This document shows positions 39,951 to 53,949 of a DNA stretch of 64,000 bases, in pieces (position 1 is the first letter of the stretch; each line of letters opens with the position of its first letter). The translations under genes were made by a program, and so were the position numbers. The notes beneath the pieces were generated by a model that worked only from the letters and a program-made list of their open reading frames with translations, had not been told where the DNA came from and ran no database searches. This DNA comes from the human T2T-CHM13v2.0 reference genome, Homo sapiens. The stretch lies in the NCBI RefSeq assembly GCF_009914755.1, contig NC_060928.1. One strand, given 5' to 3'.

Positions 39951-40469
39951 CAAAGCTTTTTGTTTTGTTTTTGTTTCATTTTCAAATGAAACAAAACCTG
40001 CCATGAGGATGCCTAATGGGCAATCCATGGATGACGTCTTTTACCCTCACACCTCTGCTATCCCTACTTCATAAATAAGACAATTGAGGCCCCCAGAAGC
40101 CAAATGAAGTGTGCAAGTTTACCCAGCGAATGTGCATATCAAACCCAGTTCTGTATGCCTGCACAGCTCCTGCTCCTGCCATTATGTCACACAGGGTCTC
40201 CAGGAGAGAATAGGAATTCATCAGGCAGATAAGCAGCAGGAAGGGGAAAGTCTAGGCATTGGGAATGATGACTCAATGTGAGGGAGATGCTCAAGAGATG
40301 GAACATCAAGGGAATTATGAGCTACTCCTTCTATTAGAAGGTAGGATCGCTACTGTGTGTATTGTTGTCCTAGAAGCACTGTAGTTAATAAGGGGATTTA
40401 AATGTCCCTTCCAGCCTTGAAGTTTTATAATCATTAAGAAATTATCACTGATCTCAAGGGGCTTATTCT

Positions 40470-40830
40470 TCATTAATCTGCCAAATATTATTGACACCTA
40501 CTATTTGCTGGGCACTATCCTAGGTACTGGTGATACATTAGTAAGCAACATAGTAAAAGCCCCTGCTCATATGGAGCGCTCATATAGTGAGAAATTAGAT
40601 GCCAAACAAAAAAATGAGCAGTGCCAGACAGTGACCATCACTATGAAGCAGAAAAGCAAAGTAAGAGGAAAAGAACAATGGTGTGGCTGACATTTGAAGT
40701 CATGGGTGGCCTCTACAATATGTTAATATTTGAGCAGTATTATCTAATAGAGGAGCTCAGACATGTATCTAAGCAGTCACAGAATGAGATAGTATGTGAT
40801 GAATCCTGGGGGAAAAACATTTAAAGAAAG
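40470..40830 (-). mobile_element. L2 3' end, antisense
   Basis: aaatattattgacacctactatttgctgggcactatcctaggtactggtgataca...ccctgctcatatggagc. Confidence 0.8.
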
Positions 40831-40834
40831 AAGT

Positions 40835-41005
40835 GGCCATTTATTGACTACTGCTCACACGCTGGACAACACTTACAATATTCCTGAAAGGTGCCATCTG
40901 TCCTAGATGAAAAAACTGAGACCCAGAAAGGGTAAGTAACTTTTCTAATGGCACACAGACTGAATTCAAACTCAAATTTGTCTGAATCCATAGCCTGTGC
41001 TCTAC
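40835..41005 (-). mobile_element. MIR SINE
   Basis: tagatgaaaaaactgagacccagaaagggtaagtaactt. Confidence 0.75.
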
Positions 41006-42907
41006 CCACTCAAAGGACTGTGAGAGTCATTTTCCCCAGAGACAAAGGTGGGACACTTAGAGGAAGATTTCTTGATAGAGGCAGGGTGGAATTGAGTTTC
41101 AAAGGATGGGGGGAATTTTGATGTGGGATCCTGAGACAAAGAATGGGAATAAAACACCCAAAGTAAAAGAAAGCAGAAGGGAAAAATGCAGGGTTTGCTT
41201 ATGAGCCAGCTGGTTGAAGTCCAGGCTGAGTGTGGACCCACAGCAAGTCATGAGACCAGAAATGGAAACAGACTCTGCAAGGTCTGGAAGGCTCAGCAGA
41301 GGAGTCTGCCCTTCATTTAGTACATAATGAGAACGATTGATGGTGTTTCCCAAGAGAGAACTGCTCATCCGTAGGATGGAGAAAGCCTTTCGGTGGGCTG
41401 ATGTAGTTCTCTGCTTTTCTGCTTATGTTACTAGACTCAGTGGACTGAGTAGTTTATATTCAGTGATCATTATCCACACTTGCTCCTTTCCAGATTAGGT
41501 CTAGCATTAACCTGATGCACTATTACATCAGGAAAAGGTACTTGGACATAGCTTTGCATGAAACATTTCAGATGTGCCAATTCTCAATTGATTCCTTGAG
41601 AAGTGGCATTGTCCCAGACATCACATTGCTAGATGAATGTAGTGCTTTGGATGAAATCCATCTGGCTGAACCAACCCCCATCAAATTGACAGGATGCTGA
41701 CAGGATGAAGAGGTAGAGGCTAGAAGTGTTGGCATTACAGCAAGCAGTCAGGGAGATGTTATTCACGAAAGAAGAAAGAGCACAACTAAATTCACCTTTG
41801 CTCTCAGTTGGAGAGCAGATTACATTCTTTACAGCAAAGTGATGACTCAAGTCACCCGCAGTGGAGGGAAAATAGACTGGGGCCAGCTCTTTAAGGAAGA
41901 GCTCAATGGTATCATGAGAAACCGATATATACCAACGTGGTGCCATTCAGGGTCAGACTCCTAGAGTGTCCTTAAGGCATTTTTGGTGGCCTATTGTATA
42001 ATCTGCCCTTTTTGTGCTTTCTGTCTATATTTTTTCCCCTGTGTATTGTATATCCCGGTCTCTGTGTATCAAGCTGCTATATGCCAAAGGCTATAGTCAA
42101 AACATGTTTGAAAGTCATCTTTTGGTTATATTTTCCATTCAGAGACATGGTTTTACAATAAATTCCAATGCAAGAGTTCGATCTATGAATGAGATTCGGA
42201 GTGAGGTCTGTCAATCTTGAAATTGTTTGCAAATTTTTTGTATTTACATGCATTTTCAGAGTAGCAGTCATGAAATTTTAAAAGTTTCTGTTATCCAACC
42301 AAGGTCAAACTTCTGTACTTCTCTGGAATTTGTCTCCTTCCCTCCCTCCCTTCCCTCTTTCCTTTTTTCCTTCTTGCAAAAACAGGAAGATAAGAGATGT
42401 CTAAGTAATGATACAGGACTCTTGAAGGGGTGAAGACCCTATGTCTGTTTTTTCTCTAATTAAAATAAAATGTTTCTCCTGACACTGGAAAGGAGGAGTG
42501 AAACTGCCCCTCCTCTTTCTCCTTCTGATGTGGATTATTTTTTATGCAGTAGATTGTTCACTCATTAGACACTTCACACTTGGTTCCCCTTAGCCAGACC
42601 CTGACACACACTTTAAAAGAAGCGCTAGAAGATAGCTTCTATTGAAATTGCTTCAATCATATGTCTCTTAAAGGGCCATTATCTATTAAACAGAACAAAA
42701 TATTTTGAACAAAAATGTAAATAACAATTTTTGAATGGAGACTTTTACTTTCTTATTATAGCTAAAGAATATGTGTGGATTTAGATACCCGAGTACCTGA
42801 GGAATTACTGAAAGACAACGATGGGGCAGTTCTAAAGAAACAGCTCTTCAAACACAGGGGTGACTTCAAGAGGCATGTTCGGGGCTGATCTGCCTATCGA
42901 TCCATTT

Positions 42908-42983
42908 CTAGACATCAATACCAGAGGCCGTGTGGCATAAAGTCACTAGACATCAATACCAGAGGCCGTGTGGCATAAAGTCA
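42908..42983. repeat. Perfect 2 x 38-bp tandem duplication
   Basis: ctagacatcaataccagaggccgtgtggcataaagtca at 42908-42945 and 42946-42983. Confidence 0.98.
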
Positions 42984-43499
42984 TCCTTTTTTTTTTTTTC
43001 CCACCTGCTCCTGTTAATTTTGTATTTCTTTCATCATCTTTATTCCTTAACTATCTGAATCCCACTCTGTGAATATAATAACATTTGAGGTTTCCATTTA
43101 CTTCTCATTTGAGATCTCTTGTACCTTTTAGTTTTTGTTTATAAATATAAATGTGATAAAGGTTGAATCATCTTGTCTGTTATACTTTCCAACCCTGGGA
43201 ATACTTTCCAAGGCACTGCATATTAACTGGGTCCAGGGGAGCCATTTTGTCATTCTGAGGAGTTAATCTTGCTTGCCTGACTCAATACCCAAACTTCTTT
43301 AGAGTTTATTTTATTCCTCTCAAGGATGAGTGCATAGTACCCCCCAATACCACAATATCTTCTTTCATTGGCCTTTTGCATGAAATTATATTACAAGTGT
43401 TTTATTCTTAAATATTTGGAAAAGTAAAAGTTGTCTCCATGTTGAACTTCTGGGGGAAGCGATTTGGTAACTATGTCCCACAGAAAGTTCGATTTATTT

Positions 43500-43870
43500 T
43501 TCTCATGTATTTAACTTTAATTTATTTACACTTTCCCAAAACTGAATGGCATAAGGCACTTATTAGTCCATAATTCAAACCTGTCCAAGTCATTGTTAGT
43601 TTTATCATTTTCCTGCCTTGTATCGACTGAATTTTTCCACTTTGTGTCACCAGCACATTTCATCACCTTACTGTATTTTCTTTCTTTTAGGTCAGCAAAG
43701 TAACCAAAATCAATACTAATGCTGATCCATATGACATGCCACAAGTCACTTCCCTCAATTTGGTGATGCTGCCACTCAACAAATAGATATCTTTGGCTTC
43801 AATATCCTATCCAGGTTATTATCCACTTCAGCAACTTGTTTCTTATGGTTCACAGTGTGTCTTCTCACAG
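43500..43870 (-). mobile_element. CR1/L3 LINE relic, ORF2 reverse-transcriptase segment
   Basis: ORF 43526-43744 KVMKCAGDTKWKNSVDT...NDLDRFELWTNKCLMPFSFGK aligns by eye to CR1 RT (KFADDTKLGG.VDT....DLDRL..WA..N.M.FN..K). Confidence 0.85.
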
Positions 43871-44039
43871 TGTACTTCTCTCAAAGGAGAGCAGGCTTCC
43901 TATTAAAGAGGCTCGTGTCTAGAATCAGATCCTTTTTAAAGCAGATATAAGGAACTTTGAGGAAGCTGTGGTTGTAGAATAGCACATTACTTCCAGGGAA
44001 AAAATAAACCTAAATTGTGCTTTAATGGGAGGATGTATT

Positions 44040-44225
44040 ACTATTGGACAAAATCAGGAATGGGACACAGATTACTTAGATACTAGACAGCTCCCTGATT
44101 TGTCTTTGCCACTGTGTGATCCTAGGGAAGACACTTACATGTTTATTTGTTTGATTTTCTCTTTACACGAAAATCCTCATTACTACTAGTGAATGCGTTA
44201 GGTTGCTGTACGATATCAATGCCAT
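44040..44225 (+). mobile_element. MIR SINE (degenerate)
   Basis: tctttgccactgtgtgatcctagggaagacactta. Confidence 0.6.
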
Positions 44226-45524
44226 AATAATGTGTTGAGAACATCATCCATGAAGAAAGAGATTTAATGCTTACCATCAGACTGAGAAAGAAGAGCTGCA
44301 TTTCTCCCTTAGAAAAGAGATTTTATAGACATTTATCATAAAATACTACCAGATCTAATATCCTGGAAAAAGTCTGGCCCTCTACTTTAGACACAGACAT
44401 ATTCTAAGAACAATTCTGAAGCTGAATCAAGTGCTCAATCAATTCTCTTGTAGGTCATAATTAATTAATGAACAGAAACTTCAAAGAAGTTACTTATGTT
44501 ACTTTTTCTACCTCTGTAAATGTTTCTAAAGAGTTAAAGAGTAAAAGATTCAAGAGTTTGCAGGGACTCCACACATCACTGATAATATTGGAGCTTTTCA
44601 ACATCAGACATATACTCTTGTGCTCTAGATTTCACTATTTTTAAATTCAGTCAAGTTTGTTGTGAAGTTTTTGAGTGTGGTTTATAATATACACAATCTG
44701 GCATAGTTGATTAGCCACAAAAAGCTATGTCCACTGTGCTGAGTTACATCATGTTTATAACCTGCCACTTTGCTCTATTTTCATCAAGGCAAATGGTTGG
44801 ATGACTAATTACTTTGGTATTTAGAAAAACCACAGTGGCAATTTCAGCCTGAAATAATTTAACTTGTAGTATGGGTACACTATTGGCTAAGTCAAATTCT
44901 AAGGTTAATTTTGATGGAAAAAAGGGCCTCACATGAATCCTGAAGGTGATGAATTAGAAACACAAAAGTGAAAGAAGTAACTGCAGAATCAGAGGAGAGC
45001 AAAGAAGGAAGCAAGGTAATATTTATGCACCTCATAGACATATCACACTGCCTTTCCTCTCTTTAGGCAGACATGCGCCAGGTTAGGGTCTAGCTGTCTC
45101 TAATCATTTTAGCTGTTGCTTTAATGAATGTCAAATTGCCACAATCTCCCCAGATTTCAGTCAGGAAGACCTTCTGATGAGTCTTTTACCTTGTTTTCTT
45201 TCAACACAGCAGGAATTGTAATGAAGAAATTAAATCATTCTTCATAGACAATAGGAATAGGGTCCCCAAAGCTTTTATGACTTGCTGTCCTCTTGGCAAC
45301 AGCATTAACTGAGTTTCAGATTTGAGTTAACATTTTGAGAGATTGCTTTTTGAGGATAAAAATAAGGCTCTGAAATAACAATATCTTTCAAATGAATACA
45401 AATACCCATATCTCTGTATTACTCAATAATTTAAGACACAATTCTATAGAAATATACAGGCACAATGAAACTTTTGTTTACAATTAAGAAAAGGATGAAA
45501 GATACTTCATTTTTGGTATGAAAA

Positions 45525-46075
45525 TATTTATTGAGTGTTTATTATGTGTGAGGGATTGTGGTCAGTGCCAAGTATATAATTGAACAGAACAAATATGCCT
45601 GCTTTTATAAAGTCTATATTTATTGTAATGGGGATACTGAAATCTTAATAGGCAGTGATAAAACAGAGTGATAAAAGCTGTGATAGAGGAAATAGATGTA
45701 AGGCTCCATGGGATACTAAGGAAGGGCACCACTCAGCACCACTGAACCTGGATCTGGAGCTCACAGAAGGCTTTCTGCAGGAGGTGACAGATTAGCTGAA
45801 ATTTGACCAATGGCTAGAAGTGTGCTCTAGCAAAGAACATGTAAGAAGATTCAAGAGAGCACAGGGAGCAAAGATACTGAATGCAACACAGTAGGACTGA
45901 ATGATGGTGGTGAAAGCGATGGTTCTGATGGTAGAGACGCGTGTAGAGAGATCTGCATGCCTAAGCATATTGTAAGATGGGTTAGGGTGACTGGATTTTA
46001 ACCTGATGCCAGAAGCTGGTATTGAAAGGGTGAGAATGGAATTACTAAATTTACTTTAGGAAGATCAGTCAAATC
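45525..46075 (-). mobile_element. L2, antisense
   Basis: aatatttattgagtgtttattatgtg...cagaaggctttctgcaggaggtgaca. Confidence 0.8.
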
Positions 46076-46164
46076 ATTAAGCAACAGATGACAAGCCGAG
46101 TGTTCAGTACCTCAAGTCTTAGGGAACACACAACACATGTTTAGATTTAGATTCAGATTCAATA

Positions 46165-47380
46165 GAAATGGACTTCTGTTTTTAACAGGAAGGAAATCTA
46201 GATTATTTGACAGACCTCTGGATAAAACTGAAAGTCTCCCTCATCATTAGATCACGGGTGTTCTGGCAAGGAGTTAAGAACTTCTCAGAGGCCAGAAGCT
46301 ATGTGAAAGTGAGCACCCAGTCAGAAAAGTGGAGCGATGAGGCCAGCTGTTAGAATGTTTGCCAAATCCGGGTGGCTTGATTTTTTTGCTTTTTTGTGTC
46401 CCACAGAGCATAGGAGGTGTGAGAAAAAGCTTAGGGCCTATTAAATATGAGAATTATAACAGGAGGCTTCATGCAAAATTGGAACTCCAAAGCCCTGTCC
46501 CTTCAGGATAAAGAATAAATAAAAACTGGAAAGAATGCTCCCTGCCTTGCTGCCCCATCACAGCAAGGAAAATCACTTATGTCAAAGTCTGATATCAGTT
46601 GAAGGAAAAAGGATATCTCTGTAGAATGTGTAACCACAGGACAGTCCTCAGGTAGGTTTGAGGTGCTGTGAGATTGGTGTGTTTAGGAAAGTGGAAGAAA
46701 CAAATGGAGGAATACATCTTCAACCCAGTTTCCAAGTCATTCCTATGACTCTCTGAAGAAATATGAGTGAACAGCCCAAATCCCAAAACACAAAAAGAAA
46801 CAGAATAAGAAAGCGAGAGTATTCAGAAACAGATAGTAGTATTGACATATTTAGATATTGATAGTATTAGACAAAGAACAGAAAAAAGTATACTTTGTAT
46901 GTTTATGAAAATAAAATATATTATCTAAAACTGAATAAGAAGAAAGTAAGAAACAAGCAGACATGAAAAAATAGAATTTTTAGAAATGGGAAATACATTG
47001 TTTTAAAAATTAAAAGCTCAATAAATGGGTTTAATAGAAGATTGGAAACAGTATAAGAGAAAATTAGTGAATTGAAAGACAGCTGAAGAAATTGTCCAGA
47101 ATAAAGTATCAAGAAACAGGGATGGAAAATATAAAAGAGAGGTTAAGAGCACAGGATACAAAGTAAGAAAGCACAGCATGAAAACTCAAATCAGAGTTCT
47201 GGAAGGAGAGGGGACAGAGAATAAGAAAGTTAAAATAGTTCAAGAAATAATGGTTATACATTTCCCAGAATTGTTAAAAGATACCAGTCCTCAAATTGCA
47301 AAAGCCTAATGAACTCACCCAAGAAGGGTGAATAACAGAAAATATATATCTAGACTAATCATAAAACTGAAGAATCAAAA
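46165..47380 (+). mobile_element. Old L1 (L1ME-type) 5'UTR plus ORF1 remnant
   Basis: aaaagctcaataaatgggtttaatagaagattgga...gagaaaattagtgaattgaaag (ORF1 coiled coil) and ttcccagaattgttaaaagatacc. Confidence 0.8.
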
Positions 47381-48884
47381 ATAGGTTATTTTATATTTGG
47401 TATAAAAAATTTGTTATGAGAAGTTTTACCCATATCAACATCATACTGTTTTAGTTTTAGATATTTCATAATATTACCGAAGTAATTTAATTATAATTTA
47501 TTTTCTAATCATAAGATCATCTTGGGTAAAGCTCTTGATCTGCTTCATTCATTTATTTATTTATTAATATTTATGTATCATTTTATCTTACATTGTATGT
47601 AATTTTTAACTATATGACTATATGGTAATATAACTAAGACCCTGGGCTCTTAGAATAAAAAGCTATCACAAGGGTCATTTCTTGCTTTTTTTTAAATGAG
47701 AAAATAGAGGACTATAGAAATGAAATATTGCTTTTGGTATTACAAAGCCAGTTAATAGCTCCTGAATTCTAAATAAGCAATCATTCTAGATGACTAATGC
47801 CTGGTTGGTACTATTTTTCTTCTTTAGTTGATGAAGGGAAATATCCTAGTTTAAGTTACAACACTGTTAAGGCTCGCATGACAGACAAAACGTTCTTTGC
47901 TGAAATAGTGTTAGTAAAACTTAAGTAAAATTGGAGTCTTTAAAAATCAGAAGTTCAAGGGCACAGTGGGAAAAAAGGTTGCTCTTTTTGGCTCAGAGTC
48001 ACAAATTGCATTTTAGTTAACCACTAAATAATAATATTGAATGTAGGATTGCTATTACAATTCACAGAAACTCCTTTCCCCAAGACTACTGAGAACAGAC
48101 TGAACGAAAGTACTCTCTTCCAAGAGGGACAATGCTTTTAGAAGATGTAGCTCTGTTCCATATGGACTACATTTTATTTATAAATTACATTTATATTCTA
48201 AATTAAGAAATTGTATGTTCCATGCAATTGATCAGATACCATAATAACTTCTGTCTTCTTGATGTACCTGGCCTGAATATTAATGGGAACATTAACACCC
48301 TTGTTTTTTTTTTAGCCTCCAATGCTGTATAAGCTCTATACGCCTAATAATGGCTCCTAATTTGTTTTTTAAAAAACTATAATTCTTATTTTCCGTAATT
48401 GCTAGGCTCTTTTAATTTAATGTATGTTACACATCTTCACAATTTCATTTAGGTGAATGGCGAAAATTTAAAAGAAAAAGAAATGTTTTTTATGCCGTAA
48501 GACAAATTATGCTGTAAGGAAGCAATGCTGTAGAGGGATAGAAGAATATAGGTACAGTGGTTCTGGATCTACATATTAAAGGAAAGTCTGCATGTGATCT
48601 TGTAAGTGTCAAAGCAAAGCCACTTTACACAATTATGCAGGTACTCACACTAACTCTTATGTACCTGTCAGTAACTCAGGGAAGCATTTTACTAGGAGAG
48701 AACTTTTTTTCACGAAATCCCACATATAGCTGTCTTTACAAAGTCCATGCCTTTGCTAGGACAAAGAATGAGTAAAGGTGACCTCTGCACACAAAATGAA
48801 TTAGAAAATTTCCCCTCAAAGCTGGATGATAACATTATTTTCCTGTATGTTGATGTTGTTGATAGCTGCCTACGATCACCCATG

Positions 48885-48898
48885 CCACTAGATGGCAG
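48885..48898 (+). promoter_or_regulatory. CTCF core motif
   Basis: CCACTAGATGGCAG matches CCASYAGRKGGCRS at all 14 positions, in context TGCCACTAGATGGCAGCA. Confidence 0.65.
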
Positions 48899-49779
48899 CA
48901 GCACTCTTTCATTCTAAGACTTCTTTTCTTTTCTTTTTTTTTAAATCTCACTCTCCTGGATAGTTGTTCTCAGCTCTGCTGTGCGATGATTTAAACAACG
49001 CTTTGATGCTGTAGGATGTTGGTGTTCACAAATAAGGTCTATCCTTTTCTTTTTTCTGAAAAGATAATATACTGCTTTTTCAAAGTCAATTAACACTTAG
49101 GGCAAAGGAAATGGGGAAAGCAAAAGGTCACTTTCTAAAGGGTTGCCTTGAAACCTTTTGGTAAAATTCAGGTGTCATCCAGGAATTGCAAATCACTGGG
49201 AAAAGAAAAGAAATAATAATTAGTTCATTTGTTTCTTGATAACTCCCAATAAGATGGCTTAATACGACTTTTCTGCTTTATTTCCTAGTAATGCCCATGG
49301 GGTGCTCAGAGTGCCGGCTGGTAATTTTTATGTCTTGAAGTCATGAGGGCAATTGGGATGCTTTTGGGCCAATTTATGCATCAGGACAGGGGTGATGGAG
49401 AGAATGGCTAAGATCTCTGGACTGCACTGTGGTTGAATACGCTTTACAAAAGAGAATTGTCCAGAGAGTGGCATGAGACAGGGAGGAGTGAGTAACTTCC
49501 TCAGAAAGGTGATAGACCGAAGGACAAAAACGATAAGACTTTCTTCTACAAACAATCAGCCTCCATTCCAACCTCCAAACAATGCTAAGTGAACCTAAGC
49601 TTCAGGGTCAGTAAAATAAGGATGCATAAGTTTGGAGCTACTTCATGTTTTGACCTCAGATGCACTTTGAAAATTTAGATAGTTCACCAGATGAATGTCT
49701 CAGAACATAACAGCTCAAGGTTTTAATAACTCACTTGAATTTCATTTAGAAAACATGCCTGGACACCCAGGAAACAATA

Positions 49780-51330
49780 AGCAGATATTAAAAAGTAACC
49801 AAATGCATTGCAAATGAAGTTATTAACAAACTGACTTTTAAATTTACTGCTGCTGGCAGGGTGCCCGTCTGGACAGGTCGAGTCAGGGCTGTGCACGGCT
49901 CACGCCTCTTGCAGCATGCCTCACCGTTGAGATCGCAGTCACAGTTCTTTCCTATCTTTTTATATCTATTTTAATATAAAAAGGCCTTCACTCGGTTTAA
50001 TAACCTTTTCCTTCTTGAATAAGGAGTTTCTGTTTGCAATCACATGAATAGAAAAAGACCTGCTCCAGAAACTCTGGGAGATTATTGCATGCCTAGCTGC
50101 AAAAATAAGGTTTTGAAAGAGCAGAAGGGATGGAATAACTAAATAATGAGCAAATTCTTGGGAGGTAAATTATTATTCGGGATTTTTGAACTGGTCTTTT
50201 ATAAAAGGAAATAATAATAATTACAATCCTGCAAATACTGTTGCCTGGTGGGAGACAACAGTAGCTTTGCTGGAGAGGCCGCTTGGCGCCTGCACTTTGT
50301 TCTCCTCCCACATCGCAGCCTGAAACATTATAAACCCAGGAAAAGACCCGCATTCACCCAATGAGCAATGTCTCCTTGCTTTGATTGTGTGTACGTTTCA
50401 AACCATAAAGGGATGGCATGATAACGTATTGCTTTTCACCTATAGGGGTCAGGGTAAAGTTTGAGGCTGCAGTTAAATGATGTGGGTAGATTCAAAGTAC
50501 AAGGTTTCATCATTAGATATATTTTTGTTGGGGTGTGGGTGTCATCCGAACTTCCACAGGTCAAAACTGGCAATCGAATAATTGAAATTAATAAAAAAGC
50601 CAAGGAGAGGATGCGTTGGAAGCTGTACTCATAGGTCAGATCTGCCTCTCCAGTTCTAATATTTCCACTAGAATTTTTCGCTTCACTAAGCCTTGGCTTT
50701 TGACCTTCTCCACCGCTTCTTTTCATATCTAATAGGACCAACTTTATTCCCAGTTCTCTAAATTATTAATGATAACAAATACCTCCCTTTGTATTCAGTT
50801 GGAGATTTTAGCCGCATTTTGACAGAGAAGTTTAAAAGTCAGAGCTGGTAAGAACCACTGGGAAGGTCTGGTAGAAGGGGATGAGTGGGGAGGAGTGATT
50901 TTTTTCCTGCCGTCATCAGGCTCTCTTGGCCAGGGAAGCAGTGGTTGATCTGAGTGAGAGCAGTGCTTAGTGTGCTCTTGACCTATTTCTGGTCTGACCG
51001 CGTTCTCTCTCTCTGCTGTCATGAAGAACTTCTGTGTCTGTCTTCCCCTCAGCTTCCCCATCAGCACATTCACTATATGTGACACAAGATTGTCACCAGA
51101 ATCAGCCTGGGCTTCCCCTTGTCAAAAGGACCCTCAGCACCTAAGCCCCTCTTCCAAAGAGACTCAGCCTCTGGCAGGTGTTACCAGCTAAAATTGAGTT
51201 TCGTGGCAGCTGCTTCTGGAACCTCAGAGACAGTGCTGCATGCCCGCAACAGGGGGACCATGAGAAGCCTGCGCATCCTGTGCACATGAGCCAATTGCCG
51301 CTGCTCCCTCTGGAGGATGTGGTTGCTTGA
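49780..51330. promoter_or_regulatory. Repeat-free, CpG-retaining candidate regulatory block
   Basis: No recognisable transposable element; 6 CpGs in 49860-49940 and further clusters at 50270-50430 and 51200-51300. Confidence 0.4.
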
Positions 51331-51749
51331 AAATAAAAGTTCCTTTCGCTTGTGTGAAAAAAATGTGTTTTTTTCCTTTGCTTGTTTACTTAGTTTTCAC
51401 CATTTAAAAATCATGCAGCATCTTCATTAAGGGGTAAACGTACAAAACATTACTCCTACTTGCATTTTTCTTTAGGTGCCAACACACCTCAGCAAGCTTT
51501 CAGACAACAGTCACCTAGCAACTACTTTTTCATACATTAAATGATTTCAAACTCTCACATTTCCCTCCACAAGAGCTGTATATTTTGCCTTTTCTTTCCA
51601 TCTTACAGCTCAAGGAAAGAGCAAACAAGAATGAGAAAGTATATTGTTTAATCACAAAATATCAGTTTCAAACGATTGCTTTTAAATATATAAATATTTT
51701 CTGTAATAGTTTGCTAATCCATTTCTGACTTTCTATTTAAGTGGCAAGA

Positions 51750-52528
<779 letters not shown>

Positions 52529-53109
52529 GGTCAAATATTAAAATTTAGGTAAACTGCAAAATTTATATTGCATCACTAACTCTTTTTTTCTTTCCAGAAG
52601 AAGGAATGCTTTCTTCTCTTGAGAGCAACAGATAACTTATTTAACAGAGGTGAAAATGTAAATGTTATTTGAGTTGTAATTGTTAGCAGGTTCTGAAAAC
52701 ATCCTAGAGGATTAACTACAGTCTTAAAGCACATGAACAATATTGGAACATGATCGTGCTATTTGTCACCCTGGGGAATCTGGAGTAAGGCTCATGTTGG
52801 TGGCCAACCAAGGCTATTTTTATTAAATAGTGTCCAAAAAAGTATATCTGTATCCTAGCACTGGAGGCAAGGTTGTAGAGTACCAATCATTAAAAGAAAA
52901 CTTATCTAAACTGAGGAAAGTGTGCTGAAAAGCATCTAGGGGTTAGGTAAGTGCTGGTGACATTTTAATGATACACTTGGGTGGAATGAGAATGAAGACT
53001 GGAAGTTCACCCACAAAATGGGGCTCCAGGCCTTCGCCAGTTTCCCCGTTTCTTGAGTTGGCATAATCACCCCTTCGCTGGTTGAATTATTTCCCTTGGT
53101 TATATCAAC

Positions 53110-53255
53110 ACAATTAAAACATATCTAGCATATGGAGGCCTGATTCTTACTCCAGAGATGCTGCTTTATTGATCTGGGGTGGGTTCAAACAGCGACACTG
53201 TTTAGAAGTTTCCCAGATAATTGTAGTGCCAGGCAAGGCTCCAGGACCAGTGGGT
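53110..53255. mobile_element. MER5-type hAT MITE (degenerate)
   Basis: ctccagagatgctgctttattgatctggggtggg...aagtttcccagataatt. Confidence 0.6.
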
Positions 53256-53414
53256 CAGATGCCTTCAAGGGAGACTCCTGTGAATCCATGCAATAATCTC
53301 TTAGGGAACATCATCAAACTATTAATGCCAGGAATAACATTCTAATCTTTCAAAGGTGGCTCAATGCATACATTAAATAATTGATCATTTCATGTTTATA
53401 TTTTTGAAGATTCA

Positions 53415-53670
53415 ATAGTAGTTAAAAGCAGTGACTTGGAGTCATATCTGTGTGTGTTCAAAATTCAGTTCTACAAATTAATAACTGTGTGCTTAGGACC
53501 AGGTACCTGATCTGCTTTTGTTTCCTTACCCAAAACATGGAGATTTCTTTATGAAATATCTGTCTTTAGAGTTTGTGTGATGGTTAAATGCATGATTTAC
53601 ATAAAATGCTTTGTGAACTGCCTGATATAATCCAAGAACTCATAAAATAATGTTTTATTATTCCATAATT
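53415..53670 (+). mobile_element. MIR SINE
   Basis: gtagttaaaagcagtgacttggagtca...gtttgtgtgatggttaaatg. Confidence 0.75.
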
Positions 53671-53949
53671 GTATTCTTTGTAGGGCATCTTTAAATATTG
53701 CTAGGATAGAAATTATTAGTGTGCTTTTATAAATTAAATAACTGTAGGTAAGTTAAAGACCTTATTCTAGGTAACTGGGTTAATCATATACTTTATCATA
53801 TTTGTTGAGTACCTCAGCAAATATGTGGAAAGCTCAACTGCTTTAGGCCCAATGAGAACATACAATATACATGTAATATTCAGTGCAGTGAGGATGGCAG
53901 GTCATGTGTAGAGAAGGGACAATGTAGAAATATGAGGTGGTATATTTGT

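Noticed and set aside
42908-42983. CRISPR-like 38-bp direct repeat
   Set aside because: Only two adjacent copies, no spacer, no cas genes, eukaryotic context.
52598-52649. Possible + strand micro-exon after tttttttctttccag
   Set aside because: Good acceptor but only a weak donor (gtgaaa) and an unrecognisable peptide.
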